DNA from: the human T2T-CHM13v2.0 reference genome, Homo sapiens
Assembly (NCBI RefSeq): GCF_009914755.1
Contig: NC_060934.1
Length of the DNA: 64,000 nt
Strand: one strand, 5' to 3'
Part shown: in pieces, positions 29,842 through 46,314 of the stretch
How the letters are laid out: every line of letters begins with the position of its first letter
Position numbering within the stretch: position 1 is the first letter of the stretch
The notes under the pieces: generated by a model
The model's database searches: none
Seen by the model: the letters and a program-made list of their open reading frames with translations, nothing else
Told to the model about the DNA's origin: nothing
Program-made: the position numbers and the translations under genes

Positions 29842-30195
29842 CAGCAGGTCATTGAATAACATGGGTTCATTCAACATTGTTTTGTTATATTGTTGATGAG
29901 AAAAAAAAAAACTTTAATTGCTGGCTGGGGCCACTGTTTGTGTAGAGCTTGAATGTTCTCTCCACACATGCCTGGTTTTTCTCCGGGTACTCCAATTTCT
30001 CACTATATACCAGAAATGTGCATATTATGTGAATTGGTGTGTCAACATGGTTGCAGTCTAATGAGAATACTGGGTGTGGGGTGTGGGTGTGAATGTGTCC
30101 TGGGATGCAGGGGAATCCTGCCAGGTTTTGTTCCCTCCTTGCCCTGAAGCTGCTCGAATAGGCTCTGGCCACCTGTGACCCTGAATTGGAGTAGT
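29842..30195 (+). mobile_element. MER6 (TcMar-Tigger group) 5' fragment
   Basis: cagcaggtcattgaataac...ggggccactgtttgtgtagagcttgaatgttctc...ttctccgggtactcc resembles the recalled MER6 consensus. Confidence 0.75.
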
Positions 30196-30638
30196 GTACT
30201 CACAAGGGTATTGTCTGAGAACAGGAAAAAATTAGAATAGACACAAGAGAAAACTAAAATAAACACCAAAAAACTAGAATAACCACTGCTCTCATTCCAA
30301 CAAAGACTAAAAGTAAGCCTCTGAAAGAAGCAAATTGTTTCTAAGTTTGCAAGTAACTCAAATGCTTTGGGAATAAATTTTAAGATATTTGTCAGAATAT
30401 CAAAATATCCAGCATCTAACAAAGTAAAATTCACAATGTCTGGCACTCAATAAAAAAATTACCAGACATTCAAAGAAGTAGGAAAATATAACCCATAATG
30501 AGAAGAAAATTAATTAGTAGAGACAGATCCAGGAATTACACAGATGATGAAATTAGTAGAAAAGGACATTAGAAGAGTTAAAACTATATTTTATGTGTTG
30601 AAGAGGGTAGAAGAATGATAGCACATGTCAAATAGAGA

Positions 30639-31003
30639 TGCTATAGACTAAATGTTTATGACTCCCCTAAACTCATATGTTGAAACGTAATCACCAATGT
30701 GATGATATTTGAAGGTAGGGGTTTGAGGAGATGATTAGCTTATGAAGCCAAAGATCTTATGAATGGGATTAGTGCCCTTATTGAAAAGGCTCCAGAAAAT
30801 TCCATCCACCCTTTTGCCATGTGAGGACACAGTAAGAAGAAGGTTATTTATGACCCAGGAAGTGGGCCTTCATTAGACCAAGGCTGCCGCCTGCATCTTG
30901 TACTTCCCTGACTCCAGAACGGTGAGAAAAAATAGATTTCTCTTATTTGTAAGCCAGCCAGTCTATGATATTTTTGTTACAGGAGTGCAAATGGACTAAG
31001 ACA
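30639..31003 (+). mobile_element. MLT1A-type solo LTR
   Basis: tgctatagactaaatgtt...catatgttgaa...gactaagaca. Confidence 0.85.
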
Positions 31004-31852
31004 ATAGACAAGGAAGATAGAAAAAGACACAAATCAGACTTCTACAGTGTTTTAGATTTAAAACACATAGATTGAGATTAATGGAAAATTAGACATTGCA
31101 AAAGAAAATACTAGTTAGGTTGAAGAAATAGGAACAGAAATGATCCAAATAGAAATTATGTAGTACACAAAGATAATAGAAATTATCTAAAGAATTTACT
31201 TTGGAAAGTTCTTTTCCAAAGAAAAAAACAAATAAAATGAACTGAGAATCAGTGAATTACAGAACAAATTAAAGTGGCTTCATATGTATGAGTAATTGAA
31301 GTCCCTGAAAAGGGGAAGGGAGTACACAGAAAAGATTTGAAAATAATGGCAAAAAAACTTTCTAAATTTAATGAAAGCTATAAGCTCACAGATCTATTAA
31401 TGAGAAGCTCAAAGAATTCCAAGTACAAAACACATAAAGAAAATGACACCAATACATATAAAAATAAAAGTGCTTAGAACCAGTGGTAGAAAGCAATATC
31501 TTAAAAGGAACAATAACAAAAAGATATATGATGTATCTGAGAACAAAAATAAGGATGACAACAGACTTTGCATTGAAAATGATACAAGTCAGAAGAATAG
31601 CACACATTTAAAGTAGTGAAAGATGCCATCAATCTAGAATTCATCGCCAGCAAAAATATCACTTGAAAATGAAGAAACAAACACTTTTCAGACATACAAA
31701 AGCTGAAAAAATTTATTACCAGGCAGTCTGGCACTATAAGGCATGTTAAAGAAAATCCCTCGGAGAAATGATAATCATTAAAAGTCTAAATCTTCACACA
31801 ATATGAAGAACACTGGAAATGGTAAATATAAGTAAATATAAATTCTTTTCTT

Positions 31853-33436
<1,584 letters not shown>

Positions 33437-36400
33437 TTAAAAAAATATTTTTGAAAGGTAACTGACAGTTTAAAGCAGAAAAATAATAATGTCCTGGGGG
33501 TTTACAATATATGTATAAGAATAATGTGTGGCATTAATTACAAAGCACCAAATAAAAGGCAGATTTCCAGGTTATATCAAAAAGCAAAACTCAACTATAT
33601 TCAGTTAATTAAAAACACTTTTGATATAAAGAATCAACTTAAAAGTAAAACTACGATAAAAAGATACGCTAACAGTAACATAAAAAGCTGGAGTGGCTAT
33701 AATAATATCAGACAAATTAGATTTTAGAGAAAAAATATTAGCAGGGATAAAGAGGATTATTTTATAACAATGGATCATTGATCAAGAAAACATAACAATC
33801 CTAAATATTCATGCATATACTAAACAGAATTTCAAAATGCATGAAGCAAAAATCGCTAGAACTGCAAGAAGAAATAGAGCCACGATTATTGTCAAAGATG
33901 TAGCACTCTTCTCTCTATAATTGATAGAAGTGTACAGAAAATTAGGAAAGATAAGACTTGACTAACAGCATCAATCTGATCTAATTGACATTAGTAGAAC
34001 ACTCCACCTAACTACAACTGAGCACACATTCTTTTGAAATGCACACAAGATATTTACCAAGAAAGGCTGTATTCTGGGCTGTAACAAAGTCTCAATAAAT
34101 TTAAATGGATTTAAATCCTACTAAGCATATTTACTGACTACAGTGAAATTAATTTAAAATGATCTACAGTAACACATATAAAAAAATCAGAAATATTTAG
34201 AAACTAAATAATATACTTCTAAATAACCCTTGGTCCAAAGAAGATTTCAAAAGGCAGTTAGAAAGTATTTAGAAAGGAATGAAAATGAAAACATGACATA
34301 TACAAATTTGTGGGAAACAGCTAACGGTTTTTAGAGGAAAATACAGCACTAAATTCTCAAGTTTAAAAAAAGGTATCTCAAATCGATGACTTTAGGAAAC
34401 TATAAAAGGAAAAGCAAATACAACTAAAGAAAAGAAATAATAAGGACCAGAGAAGAAATCAGAGACCAAACAGCAGGTTCTCGAGACAATCAATAAAATA
34501 GATAAATCTCACACTGGACAGACCAGGGGCAAAAGAGAGAAGACACAAATTACCAATGTGAGAAATCAGACAGGGGGATCATTGCAGACTCCACAATATT
34601 AACAGATAAAGGAATATTATGAACAACTTTATTACGATAAATTCTACAACTCTGATGAAGAAGATAAATTTCCTGAAGAACACAAACTACCACATCTCAC
34701 TCAAGAAGAAATAAACCGTCTGAATGATCCTGCATCTATTAAAGAAATTGTTCAATATTAAAAATCTTCCCTCAAGGAAAATTGTAGGTCAGATGGTTTG
34801 TCTGGTGAATTTTTCCAAATGTAAAGAAGAAAATGCTGAACTTATGCAAATTCTTCCAGAATAGCAAAAAGTAAAACATAAACACAAACAAAACCAATAC
34901 CAGCTTTGAGAAAGAATTAAGATTGGAGTTTTATCTCAAGACTTATAAAGCTACCGTAATAAAAATGGTATGATATTGGCATAACAACAGACAAATCAAT
35001 GAAACAGTATAGAGTCTACAAATAAATAAGCCCAAATATAAATCAATTGATTTTCAATATAGGTGCAAAGCAGTACAACAAAGTCTCTTCAACAAATTCT
35101 ACTGGAACAACTGATCAGATACATGCAAAAATATGATTTAAACTTTACCTTACACTGTGAACACATATGTAAAATAATTAACTCAAAATGGCTCATAGGC
35201 TTAAATATAACAAACTATAAGTCTTCTAAAAGAAAACATAGGAGAAAATCTGTTACCTTGGGTTTGGCAAAGATTTCTTAAATTTGACACCAAAAACACA
35301 AACTATAAAATTTTTAAAATTAATAAACTAGACTTTAGTAAAATTAAAAACTTCTGCTATTGAGAAACACTGTTAACAAAATGAAAAGGCTGAGAAAGTA
35401 GTTGCAAAATACATTCTAATAAAAGACTTGTATCTAGAATATATAAATATCCTTTATAAGTCACTTATAAGAAGACAACCCAATTAAAAACCGCCAAAAT
35501 ATTTCAGCAGACACTTCATCAAAGAAGATATAAGGAAGTCAAATAAACACATGAAAAAATAATAAGGGAAATGAAAATCAAAATCACAATGAGATACAGA
35601 GATAAAACTGTGTACCCAATAGACTGTCGAAAATTAAATACTACTCAAACCAAATTTTGTCAAAGATGTCAGGCAACAGCAACTGGCATAGGCTACTGAT
35701 AGGAACATGAAATGTTATAACCACTTTGTAAAACAGCATGGTAGTTTTCTAAAAGTGTTAGACATACATGGACCATGTGACCTAGTCATTCCAATCCTAG
35801 ATATTTGCCCCAAGGAAATAAAAATATGTTCACAAGAAGACTTGCACATTAATGTTCATGATACCTTTATTTGTAATAGCCAAAACCAGGAGATAGTAAA
35901 ATGTTCATCAACAAATGAGCAGATAAGCCAACTGTGGTCCATCCATATAACATAATTCTACTCAGTAAATAAAGGCATAAACTACAGATACACAATCAAC
36001 ATGAATGAGTTTTAATATTATTATGTCGAGCAAAAGTGCAAGACAAGAAATGAGTACAGACAGTAAGATTCCATTTATATAAAATTCTAAAAAATGTAAA
36101 CAGTCTATAGTGTAAAAATGTAAATGTCTATAGAAAAACAGATTAGGAATTTTCTGGGGACGAGGGTGGGATGGACAGGGAGGAAGAAGAGGGAGGGATT
36201 ACAAAGTAGCACAAGAAAACATTTTGGGGTAATGAATATATACATTGTCTTAATTGGAGAGACGGTTTCATGGGTATATGCATGTACATAAATATGTGCC
36301 ATTTATTACATGTCAATGACATGGGATAATACTGATTTTTCTTTTCATTTTATAATTGCATAATGGAAATAATATTGGCTTTAGAGTCAGACATATGAGT

Positions 36401-36559
36401 TGAATACTAGCTCTGCTCTTATATATAATGCAACCTTATATAAGTTACTTACAATTTTGAGTCAGCTTCTATATTTATTTATGTAGTAGTAAGAATATCA
36501 TATGTGAGTATAAGAATATATATGTCAAAGGCTTGCTGTATTAAATATAATAACATGTA

Positions 36560-37670
36560 TATTTTTCTTCTTTATCCCTAAACCCACTCCGATTACCCTC
36601 TTCTTAATGGGTACCCTTCTTGTATTTGACACGTAGCCTTGAATATGTTTGTATGTATGCATGCATACGCTTTAAAGTAATTAAATGGCATTGTGCTAAA
36701 GCTTTTGTTTTCCCTTTATGCTAAATTTAAAGGACATACCCTTATTTCTGTATATATGTCCAGTAAGTTGCTTCTAACTGCTGTATCATATTCCACACTA
36801 TGGATCCAGTCAAGTTAGTTCACTGACTTCCGAAGAGACAGATATCTGTGAGTCCAATTTGTCTACTTACTACCGCAAACCATAATGGAATAAATACCTT
36901 AATACTTGTTTTTTTGTGTGGATCAGAACAGGTCCTCTTGGCTGTATATGCAAAAGTGCAATTACTGGACTATAGGACAGACATATGATGAATTTTACTA
37001 ACTCAGTACTCCTAGGTTGCTTTCCAAAATGATTCAATCAGCTTATACTTCCACACTTGAAGTTAATGACCTTACTCATTTTTACCAATGCAATGGATGT
37101 AGTATCTCACTTTCATTTGCATTTCTCAGGTTACTGGTAAATTTGAGTATCACTTCCTATTCTTATTAGCTACTCAGCTTTCCCCTTTGTAAATCACATT
37201 CTTATCTTTTGTTCATTTTTATATTGAGTTTCCTGTCTTTTACTTGTTGATTTACAATTCCTTGGAATGTCTCTCTATTAATGTCATTAATTTTATGCAT
37301 TACTAAAAGCTATTTCAGTCTGTCCCCAGCCTATTAACTTTAAGGTGTCATTCACTGACTAGAACTCTTTCATTTTAATACAGTCATAGCCATCCTTTCT
37401 TAACCCAACTATTTAAAAAGATATTTTTGGGTCATGTTGAAGAAGTACAGTTCCTCACCTGTATCTCAAACATAATTCTCCTACATTTTCTTCTATGAGC
37501 TTTAAAGTTTTCTTTTTAATCCATCGTTTTCATCCCTCTGGAGCCCAACTTTTTATATGGTGCAATGTAGGCATTTATTTTTCTCCATAGAGTGAGCCAA
37601 TGTTTCAATATTATCTGCTAAAGAGTTTGCCCTGTCTCCATTACATAAGTAGCGCATCTTTATCATATAT
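36560..37670 (-). mobile_element. Very old L1 (L1ME-like) remnant
   Basis: gtagtatctcactttcatttgcatttctc, tttttatatggtgcaatgtagg motifs. Confidence 0.6.
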
Positions 37671-38635
37671 CACCCACATTTTTTTTATAAAAAGAAGAAT
37701 GCTTCTGGAAGAGTGATGACCCAAAATAAGAAAGACCATGAGAAATATTCTTGCCTTTCCACTCTCAGGAGGGTACTGGTGACACTGTTCCTCGCTATGG
37801 GATCAGCCTTCTGAAGCCACATGTAAATAGGAAATCTTCAACACTCCTAGCAGCCTCAAGTGGATTTATCAGATCAAGTGCATCAGATATATCAGATGAA
37901 TTCCTACAATGCCTTCAATTTTTAATGGCATAATAATGTGTTTCCATGTCATGTTAGATAAATAAAATGTCTTGAAGATCACAATATATTATATATCACA
38001 TCTTAACTATACTTCTGCAGTAGCTGTTTAGGATGTTAGTGGACCTGTTTTCCACAAAATTTTCCACTTTTCCCAAAGCTTCCTAATTCATGGAGTGATT
38101 TACGGTACTTGACATTACATAATACTTAGCTGGTAAATTTTTTATAAGCAAGGAAAAATTTAGGCAAACACAGGTCTGATTTGCTGCTTAATTCTGTATT
38201 CTACAGAGAGTCCTCAAAAAAAGACTTTTTGACTGATTACCTGGCTGAGAGCCCACGCAGTTACTGGGTTAGGACTTACATGAAGAAGGAAATATCCTTT
38301 AGTGAAAGCCATGATCTATTTGTCATTGCCTTTTGTTCCAAGGGAAAAGCACCAGAGACTTCAAGGATGTTCGAGGATTATTACACTGCGCAAAAATTAA
38401 CACTATGCAATTGATCATGAAGCCCTTTGCAGGGACCACAGAGTACTATGGACTATATACTTAAATGAATATTTCTGCCTTGCCTTTGGATTTGGCTGAA
38501 AATTATATTGGAATCTTGTTATTCTGTTTCATTGCTCAATGAGGCTGAACAACAAGTGGAAAATAGAATCCAGCAAGCTAGTATTTCTCTTAGAAACTGG
38601 TAGTATGCAGCGTTATGAGCTAGAATCCTAACTAA

Positions 38636-38998
<363 letters not shown>

Positions 38999-40234
38999 TA
39001 GATGTACTTGAGTTTTAAGAGCAGAAGATCACATTAGATCTAACAATATTTAAGCAATGCTGATTACATACAGATTTCTTGGGAGTGTCACAGTCAGACT
39101 TGGTTGTGGCGAATCTACAAATCTACAAGATGGAGTTTATAGTTTTTCTTTTTGTTTTGCACTTGGTGAAAAATTTGCAATGATTCACCAATACAGAACA
39201 AAAAGAACTGTGACTTACGTTTTACAGTTTACATAGCTGACATGCTGTATTGTAAACATTCATGTTCTATCATATTTTAGAAAGTTCTAAGTAATGTTCT
39301 GTTTTGGAACAAAAGAACATTATTGGCACCTCACAGCAGGATATATGGAAGGTGGGATATATGCCCTACCAGGAAGAAAATGTTAGGATTCAATGAGGCA
39401 CTGTGTCTTTTACTCCCTTTAGTTCTCTGCAACACACTGACTATGCTAGAAAGAGAGTAGGAGAGCTTCAAACAATGGCCAACAACCCCAATCTGCTGTG
39501 AAATCACAACTATAGACCCACTTGAGAAAAAGATAAAAAGAATGCACATGTTATATGTGTCACAATGAATGTGTCTAAATATGACAGATTATGGATATCG
39601 ATAATACACCACATCAGCTATGTAAATCATAAAACATGCGTCACAGTTCTTGTCGCTCTGTAATGGTGAGTTACTGCAAGTTTTTCACCAAGATCAAAAT
39701 AAAAAGAAAAACTATGAACACTATTTTGCAGATTTGTAGATTAATTACCACCAATTCTGACTATAACACACTTTATGAAATCTCGGGGTGTCTGTTTAGC
39801 CAAAGATTTTTGGCTAACGTGAATCTAGGTAGGATTGTTGTAAAATTTCACACGTGCTTTTAGGATGGCAACACAGATGTCGAACCAGAAACTTCAGATG
39901 TGTTAACTTGGAAATGTCTACAATTTTCTCCACAAAAGAAAACCCGCAAACATTCTTTTTCTCCTAAGCTTTTACTGGAACATGGGTATCACTATGCTGT
40001 TTGATCTCACACCATTTGGAATATTTCTGAAATCCATATCAGTGATACTAGAGATTCTGTTTTGATGTTCTAAAGAAAAATTTTTAAGATAGGATATTAT
40101 ATGGGAAAAAAAAGTAAGCTCTAAATGTCCTAACTATATGTAAGTTTTATTAAAATAGCATATAAAGTCCCCACATTGTATATTTAATTATTTCAGTATA
40201 TTTTGTTACTTTTACTAATCAATTACATATTTCT

Positions 40235-40304
40235 AATATCATCAATGGTTTCAGGCATCCACAGGGGGTCTTCCCATATCTGCAGATTAGGGGAGACTAT
40301 TGTA
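40235..40304 (+). mobile_element. Tigger-group (MER44/Tigger7-like) terminal fragment
   Basis: ttcaggcatccacagggggtctt...gggagactattg followed by TA. Confidence 0.6.
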
Positions 40305-40965
40305 CATTGAAATAGATTCCACTGAAATGGATTTAATTATCCCTGCTTCTGTTCCTTGTAGCACTTTATTCATAGCTTTTGTCATTGTAATACTTATCAT
40401 ACCCCATCATAATTAATGATATGCACATCTGTTTTCTCCTACAAGAGGCAATAATCCTTCTTGTCCTCTCACAGAGCCTGGTGCAGGGCCTGGCATGAAG
40501 TAGTTATTCAGTAATTTTAAAATAAAATTGAGTGAGTGACCCCACAGGCAAGACAACAGGTAAGAAAGACTGGGTATTGTAACTGTTCACGTCCTTGAAG
40601 TATATCGTATAAGTGAGAGAGAAAAAAGTGTAAGAATGAGGCAGGAAGTTAAAATAAAATTATTAAGTGATGAAGAAATGTAGACATAAGAGGAAAATAA
40701 ATGGCTTAAATTCAACCAAAATATCATCACAGCTACTATTAAAAGTGAATTTAATCAGAAGCAGGCATACTGCCATACTCAGAGAAGAATTTCATTCCCG
40801 AATGATCAAGAACTTTTTGCTTAAGTATATAATTTTCTTGCATGCAGTCTTTGAGACAGAAAAATGGGAAGGATATTATTGATAGAGACCTGCCACAGAA
40901 AGAAATCCAATGGATACTGGTAATGCAGCTATTCTCTTTAGAAGAGATCTCCAAGAAAGCATGCT

Positions 40966-40971
40966 TTTATT
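40966..40971 (-). terminator. Candidate proximal poly(A) signal of ST8SIA6 (others at 40365-40370 and 40146-40151)
   Basis: AATAAA on the minus strand ~335 nt past the stop. Actual usage cannot be read from sequence. Confidence 0.35.
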
Positions 40972-41305
40972 ATCGGTCTGGTGAAGGTGGAGATGGCTGG
41001 TATAAATAGTAAGAAAGAAATATTCTTTGAGTCCCTACCTCACACCAAAGGCCATGCCAATAATTTTCATAAATTATAAAAATTTGTATGAGTCAGATAT
41101 GGTGTCCATGTTATAAGGAGAAAAAATGAAGATGAGAAGGATTGAATGACTTGCCATCATTGCAAAATGAGTGGGGAAGCTTTGGTCAAACCAAATTTTG
41201 GGGCTCATCTCAAAATACTCTTTAGCCACCTCCTTTGGTGTTTGGAGACATTGTTAATCACCTACTGCATTATATTAAAATTATTCCCATTTTAAGATAC
41301 TTTGT

Positions 41306-41774
41306 TTAGGCGACTTCACATTTGCTAAATTGCAGTTTGAGGATTCCTTTCATGTGAAGTTGGAGGATCTGGCTGTATTCTTTGGGCATCTGATGGAAAC
41401 CATGTTTAGGTAGCTTGTTGTCATAATAGTGATGGCTGACAGGTATGTCTTCTACAGTTTTAGAGAAGGGCCAGAATCCATACAGCTTCACATTTTTACA
41501 CAGTTCCACTGCAACACTTGTGATCATCAAGCCGGTGGACAAGCGGTATGCAGTCACACCTTTAGTTCTCCAGAAAAGGGCCAGATCTTTCAGGTACTTG
41601 GGATGGAAAAATAGAACCTTTTGTCTTGCTTTAGACTCTTCGAGCGTGTAGTATACTTTGAAAGAGGTACCCGTGTTGGCCCTGAAGGAAAATGCTGGCA
41701 GAAGAAAAAATGCATCTCCATAGGTTGCAATGTCCTCCAGAAATAGGGCTTTTTTTTCCTTTAAGTTCCCATAT
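41306..41774 (-). CDS. ST8SIA6: ST8SIA6 last coding exon: YGNLKEKK...QFSKCEVA*
   Basis: tggcag|A TAT GGG AAC; open to TAA at 41306-41308. Contains sialylmotif S (LSTGLMITSVAVELCKNVKLYGFWPF), motif III (HHYYD) and VS (HQMPKE). Confidence 0.98.
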
Positions 41775-42152
41775 CTGCCAAATTAAAAAAAAATTATAGT
41801 AATCCCAAGAATAATAATCAAAGTAGCAGTTTTGATAACATAAAGCTGAATTTACCATTGGTCAAAACACTGAACGATTTGTATACTGTATATAAAACAG
41901 ATAAAGTGTGGACTCAGAGAAAACTCATTCAAGTAAGCATAATGTCAATATCAACAGCTAGATCTTCATCTCTCTTTCTTGGAATCCTTTCAATTTCTAC
42001 TTTCTTACTGGGCTATAGCCTTAATGAACAGACATTTCTTGTATTATTTTCTATTCTTATTCGTTAATTTTTCCTAAAGTTGTTTTTTGTTATTGAAACA
42101 CCTTCCAAATGTATAATGATAAAATATTTTTTCAAGCATAGTATGCATATCA

Positions 42153-42803
<651 letters not shown>

Positions 42804-43486
42804 CTATGTGTATGATTTAAATAACTTAGTATCCTGGTAAGTATAATCGTGAGTGTTTAGAAAATATACTTTGAAAGGCAAGTTCAATATTTATTTTATT
42901 TTCTTTCAAGGGATGCTATAACTATTAGCACGAACATATTCTATTACTAATGCTTATCAGTCACTTTTGACGAAAACAATGGAGTAAAAACTTTGTATAA
43001 GATTACTTATTAGCCAACAATTGTATGGTAGTTATGTTGCAGAAATGAAAGATGGTAATTATTGTTTAGTAATAAACTCTAACTTGATAACTGTATTTTG
43101 CCAGGTTGTCTTAGCCCTTACTCTCTGAAGTTTCTAAATAGAGTAAGTTTTATCAAGAAAGTGCTACCAAGAAAAAAGAGTAATGCTAACACTCTAAAAG
43201 AAAATGGAAAAAAGTGGCTTCATTATTGTTAAAAGAGATAAAGAAATAAATATGTTCTCATTTGATTAGCTTATGACATTGGAAGTACAACTGAATCATA
43301 ACTCTTAGGAAAAACGACCTTGATAGAATGCCACAATTTGCAAATGAATTCTTATATATTTTTCCAAAAACTCATTCCACCTGTACTGCAAGTCAGTCTC
43401 AGCAACAAGATTAGTGCTTAAGCTGAGAAACATGTTGAACAATGAAAAAGTGTTCCTGATCAGTTATGTAACTTGCAGCTACTTAC

Positions 43487-43579
43487 TTCAGAGTTATGAT
43501 GCTTGGATTTATAGTCACAAGATTTGTTTTACTGCCAACATCTTTACTAACATCTCCTGTGGTTGGGGGTAGGTTACAC
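43487..43579 (-). CDS. ST8SIA6: ST8SIA6 coding exon (probably exon 7): CNLPPTTGDVSKDVGSKTNLVTINPSIITL(K)
   Basis: tttcag|G TGT AAC ... CTG AA|gtaagt. 93 nt, phase 2 to 2. Completes sialylmotif L (RCN...DVG.KT). Confidence 0.97.
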
Positions 43580-43814
43580 CTGAAATTTGAAAAGAAAATC
43601 ATTTTCAAAATAGAACTTGTAGAAAAAAGATTGTATACACACATATGCGCGCACACACACACACACACACACCTATCTATAATAATTGTTCTTATGTTGG
43701 AGAAATCATTGCTATTGAGACCCTCAGAATCCATTTGGTTTCTATTTTAAATTATTTACTTTAATAATTACTCAGTTCTTAGTTGACATTTCAATGTTGT
43801 ATAAAATATACACC

Positions 43815-44106
43815 TTTTTTTTTTTTTTTTTTTTTTAAGGCAGAGTCTCGCTCTGTTGCCTAGGCTGGAGTGTAGTGGTGCTCTGGGCTCACTGCAACCT
43901 CCGCCTCTCGGATTCAAGCAATTCTTCTGCCTCAGCCCCCTGAGTAGCTGGGACTAAAGGCATGCACCAAGCGAATTTGTATTTTTAGTAGTGATAGGGT
44001 ATCACCATGTTGGCCAGGCTTGTCTTGAACCCATGACCTCAAGTGATCCACCTGCCTTGGCCTCCCAAAGTGCTGGGATTACAGGTGTGAGCCACTGTGC
44101 CCGGCG
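43815..44106 (-). mobile_element. Alu (S-type)
   Basis: PolyT + Alu body. Confidence 0.94.
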
Positions 44107-44995
44107 AAAATTACAAATTTGATAAATGCTTTCAATATGGATAATAACTTTTATAAGTATCAAAGCCAGAAATGACAATTACACCTTGTCTAAGTTTAGA
44201 AGAGTTCCCAATCCTTTTATTAAAATTGTTATTTATATTATTTCTATTGATTATGTTCCCATAGTGGTATGATCACCAATTGGCATATTCTTAAAAACTT
44301 GATGTACTGTGACTAAAGTTATACAGTCTGCCAGAAGCAAAGACTAAATTAAACAAATCAAAACCTCCCAATTCCCATGTGGATAGTTTTGCCACCAAAT
44401 TATGGTTTTAATAAATAAAATCCTAATGTTCTTATAGTGATGTTTTCAAACTGATGTTCTCATCTTCCTTTGAGTACTAATTTGCTTTTAAATTGGAAAA
44501 CAAATTAAGAATTCTAATTTTGAGTAATTATATTCTTGTCACAAAAAAGGAAAAATTGGCTATGACTTTCTAAATATCATTTACTGAATTTCAAGTAGTA
44601 AGGCTAAACATAAGAAGGGAGCATCTTTGAGTGCTTCCTAAGGAAGGTTGTTCAAAGTTGATGTGGTCTATAACATGACAGAAGATGAAATAAGCTGTAC
44701 CATGTCCTATAAAACACATGAATGAATGAAACATGAACTTCCCTCATTGATATAAAAGCTATGTCAGAAAATAAAATAAATACGGCACCTTGGTAAAATA
44801 AATATGAATCAAATATCAATAATACATATTCAATGATAAAGATTAATCATAGGTACTAGGCCATAAAGGTGATCTCAGTAGTGGGCCTCCCACAACATAT
44901 GTCCTTTCCAGAACAGTCTCATATTCTTCTGAATAATCAAAAGTGATTTCTAGTAGAATATCATAGGAGACTCCATAGGGAAGGGTATTTTATAG

Positions 44996-45127
44996 AGGAA
45001 ATACAATAAGTTTTGGCTTAAAACTTAAAAGAAAAATATCTCAGAATATATTTAATTCATGAGTCTAAAATGCCTGTGTTTCTAGATTCTACTTTTGCTG
45101 ATGCCAGGTATTTTCCTGAATATAGAG

Positions 45128-45167
<40 letters not shown>

Positions 45168-46314
45168 AGTATAGGTCATGGTATGTACCATACCATGCAT
45201 GCATGGTATGTATGCATGTATTATATATGTACATGCATACATATTATAGATTATATATTATATGTAATATTAGTATATTATATAATATGCATATATGTAA
45301 TATATGTATATTATATATAACATGTATATATAATATGTAATATATAATATGCATACATATTATACATATATAACACATAATGTGTATATAATATGTAATA
45401 TATAATATGTATACATATTATAAATATATAACACATAATACTGTTATATAATTGTATTTATTATATGTATATATGTATACATATTATACATATATAATTA
45501 CATATAATACTGTTATATAATTTTATACAGAATATATGTATATATGCTATTATAGATTTATAAAATGTATGCATATTGTTATATAATATGTACATATGTA
45601 ATGTATACATATTATACGTATATAATTACATATAATACTGTATTATATAGTATATTATATAGTATACAATATACTATATTATATACTATACAATGTACAA
45701 TATATTACATACTATCTATAACACAGTATTATATATTTATCATACATATGTATAATATGTATATATAATATGTAATATATAAATACTACTGGATTATATG
45801 TATTACAGTATACGACAGTATATATGTGATTATATATATTACTACTACTGTAATATATATGTGATTATATATTTTACTACTACTGTAATATATATGTGAT
45901 TATATATTACTACTACTGTAATACATATATGTGTATATATAAACTGGTATAGTCATATATAGCAGTAGTATATATAGTCATTGCCTATTTTTGTTCCTCA
46001 CACACTTTATTCATAGCTCCAAATCTTTTGAAATGAAAAATAAAAGTTTGTTTTCTGAACTGTCAACCTGAAGCACCAAAATAAGTACAGGCTTAAAAAA
46101 TTAAGTATATTTTAATGACACCAAACACGTCTAGCCCTCATTTTGCCTTTCAGTTCAAATGGCTAGTTTTAAAGGAAATTCTATATTCGGGAAAATACCT
46201 CTCATCAGCAAGTGTGGAATCTAGAAACATAGACAGTTATTTTAGAATTATAAGTGAAATATCTGCTGAGATATTTTTCTTCTGGGTTTTAAATCAAAAC
46301 TTATTGTATTGCCT
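44996..46314. repeat. Inverted repeat (arms 44996-45126 and 46180-46314)
   Basis: Manual alignment of the left arm to the reverse complement of the right arm: ~110/131 identical, one 4-nt gap. Confidence 0.9.
45127..45978. repeat. (CA)n followed by a TA-rich low-complexity tract
   Basis: Direct reading; includes short local tandem duplications. Confidence 0.95.

Noticed and set aside
39251-39258. miR-30 8-mer site (TGTTTACA, minus strand) in a possible long 3' UTR
   Set aside because: A single seed match can occur by chance, and the UTR extent and conservation cannot be determined here.
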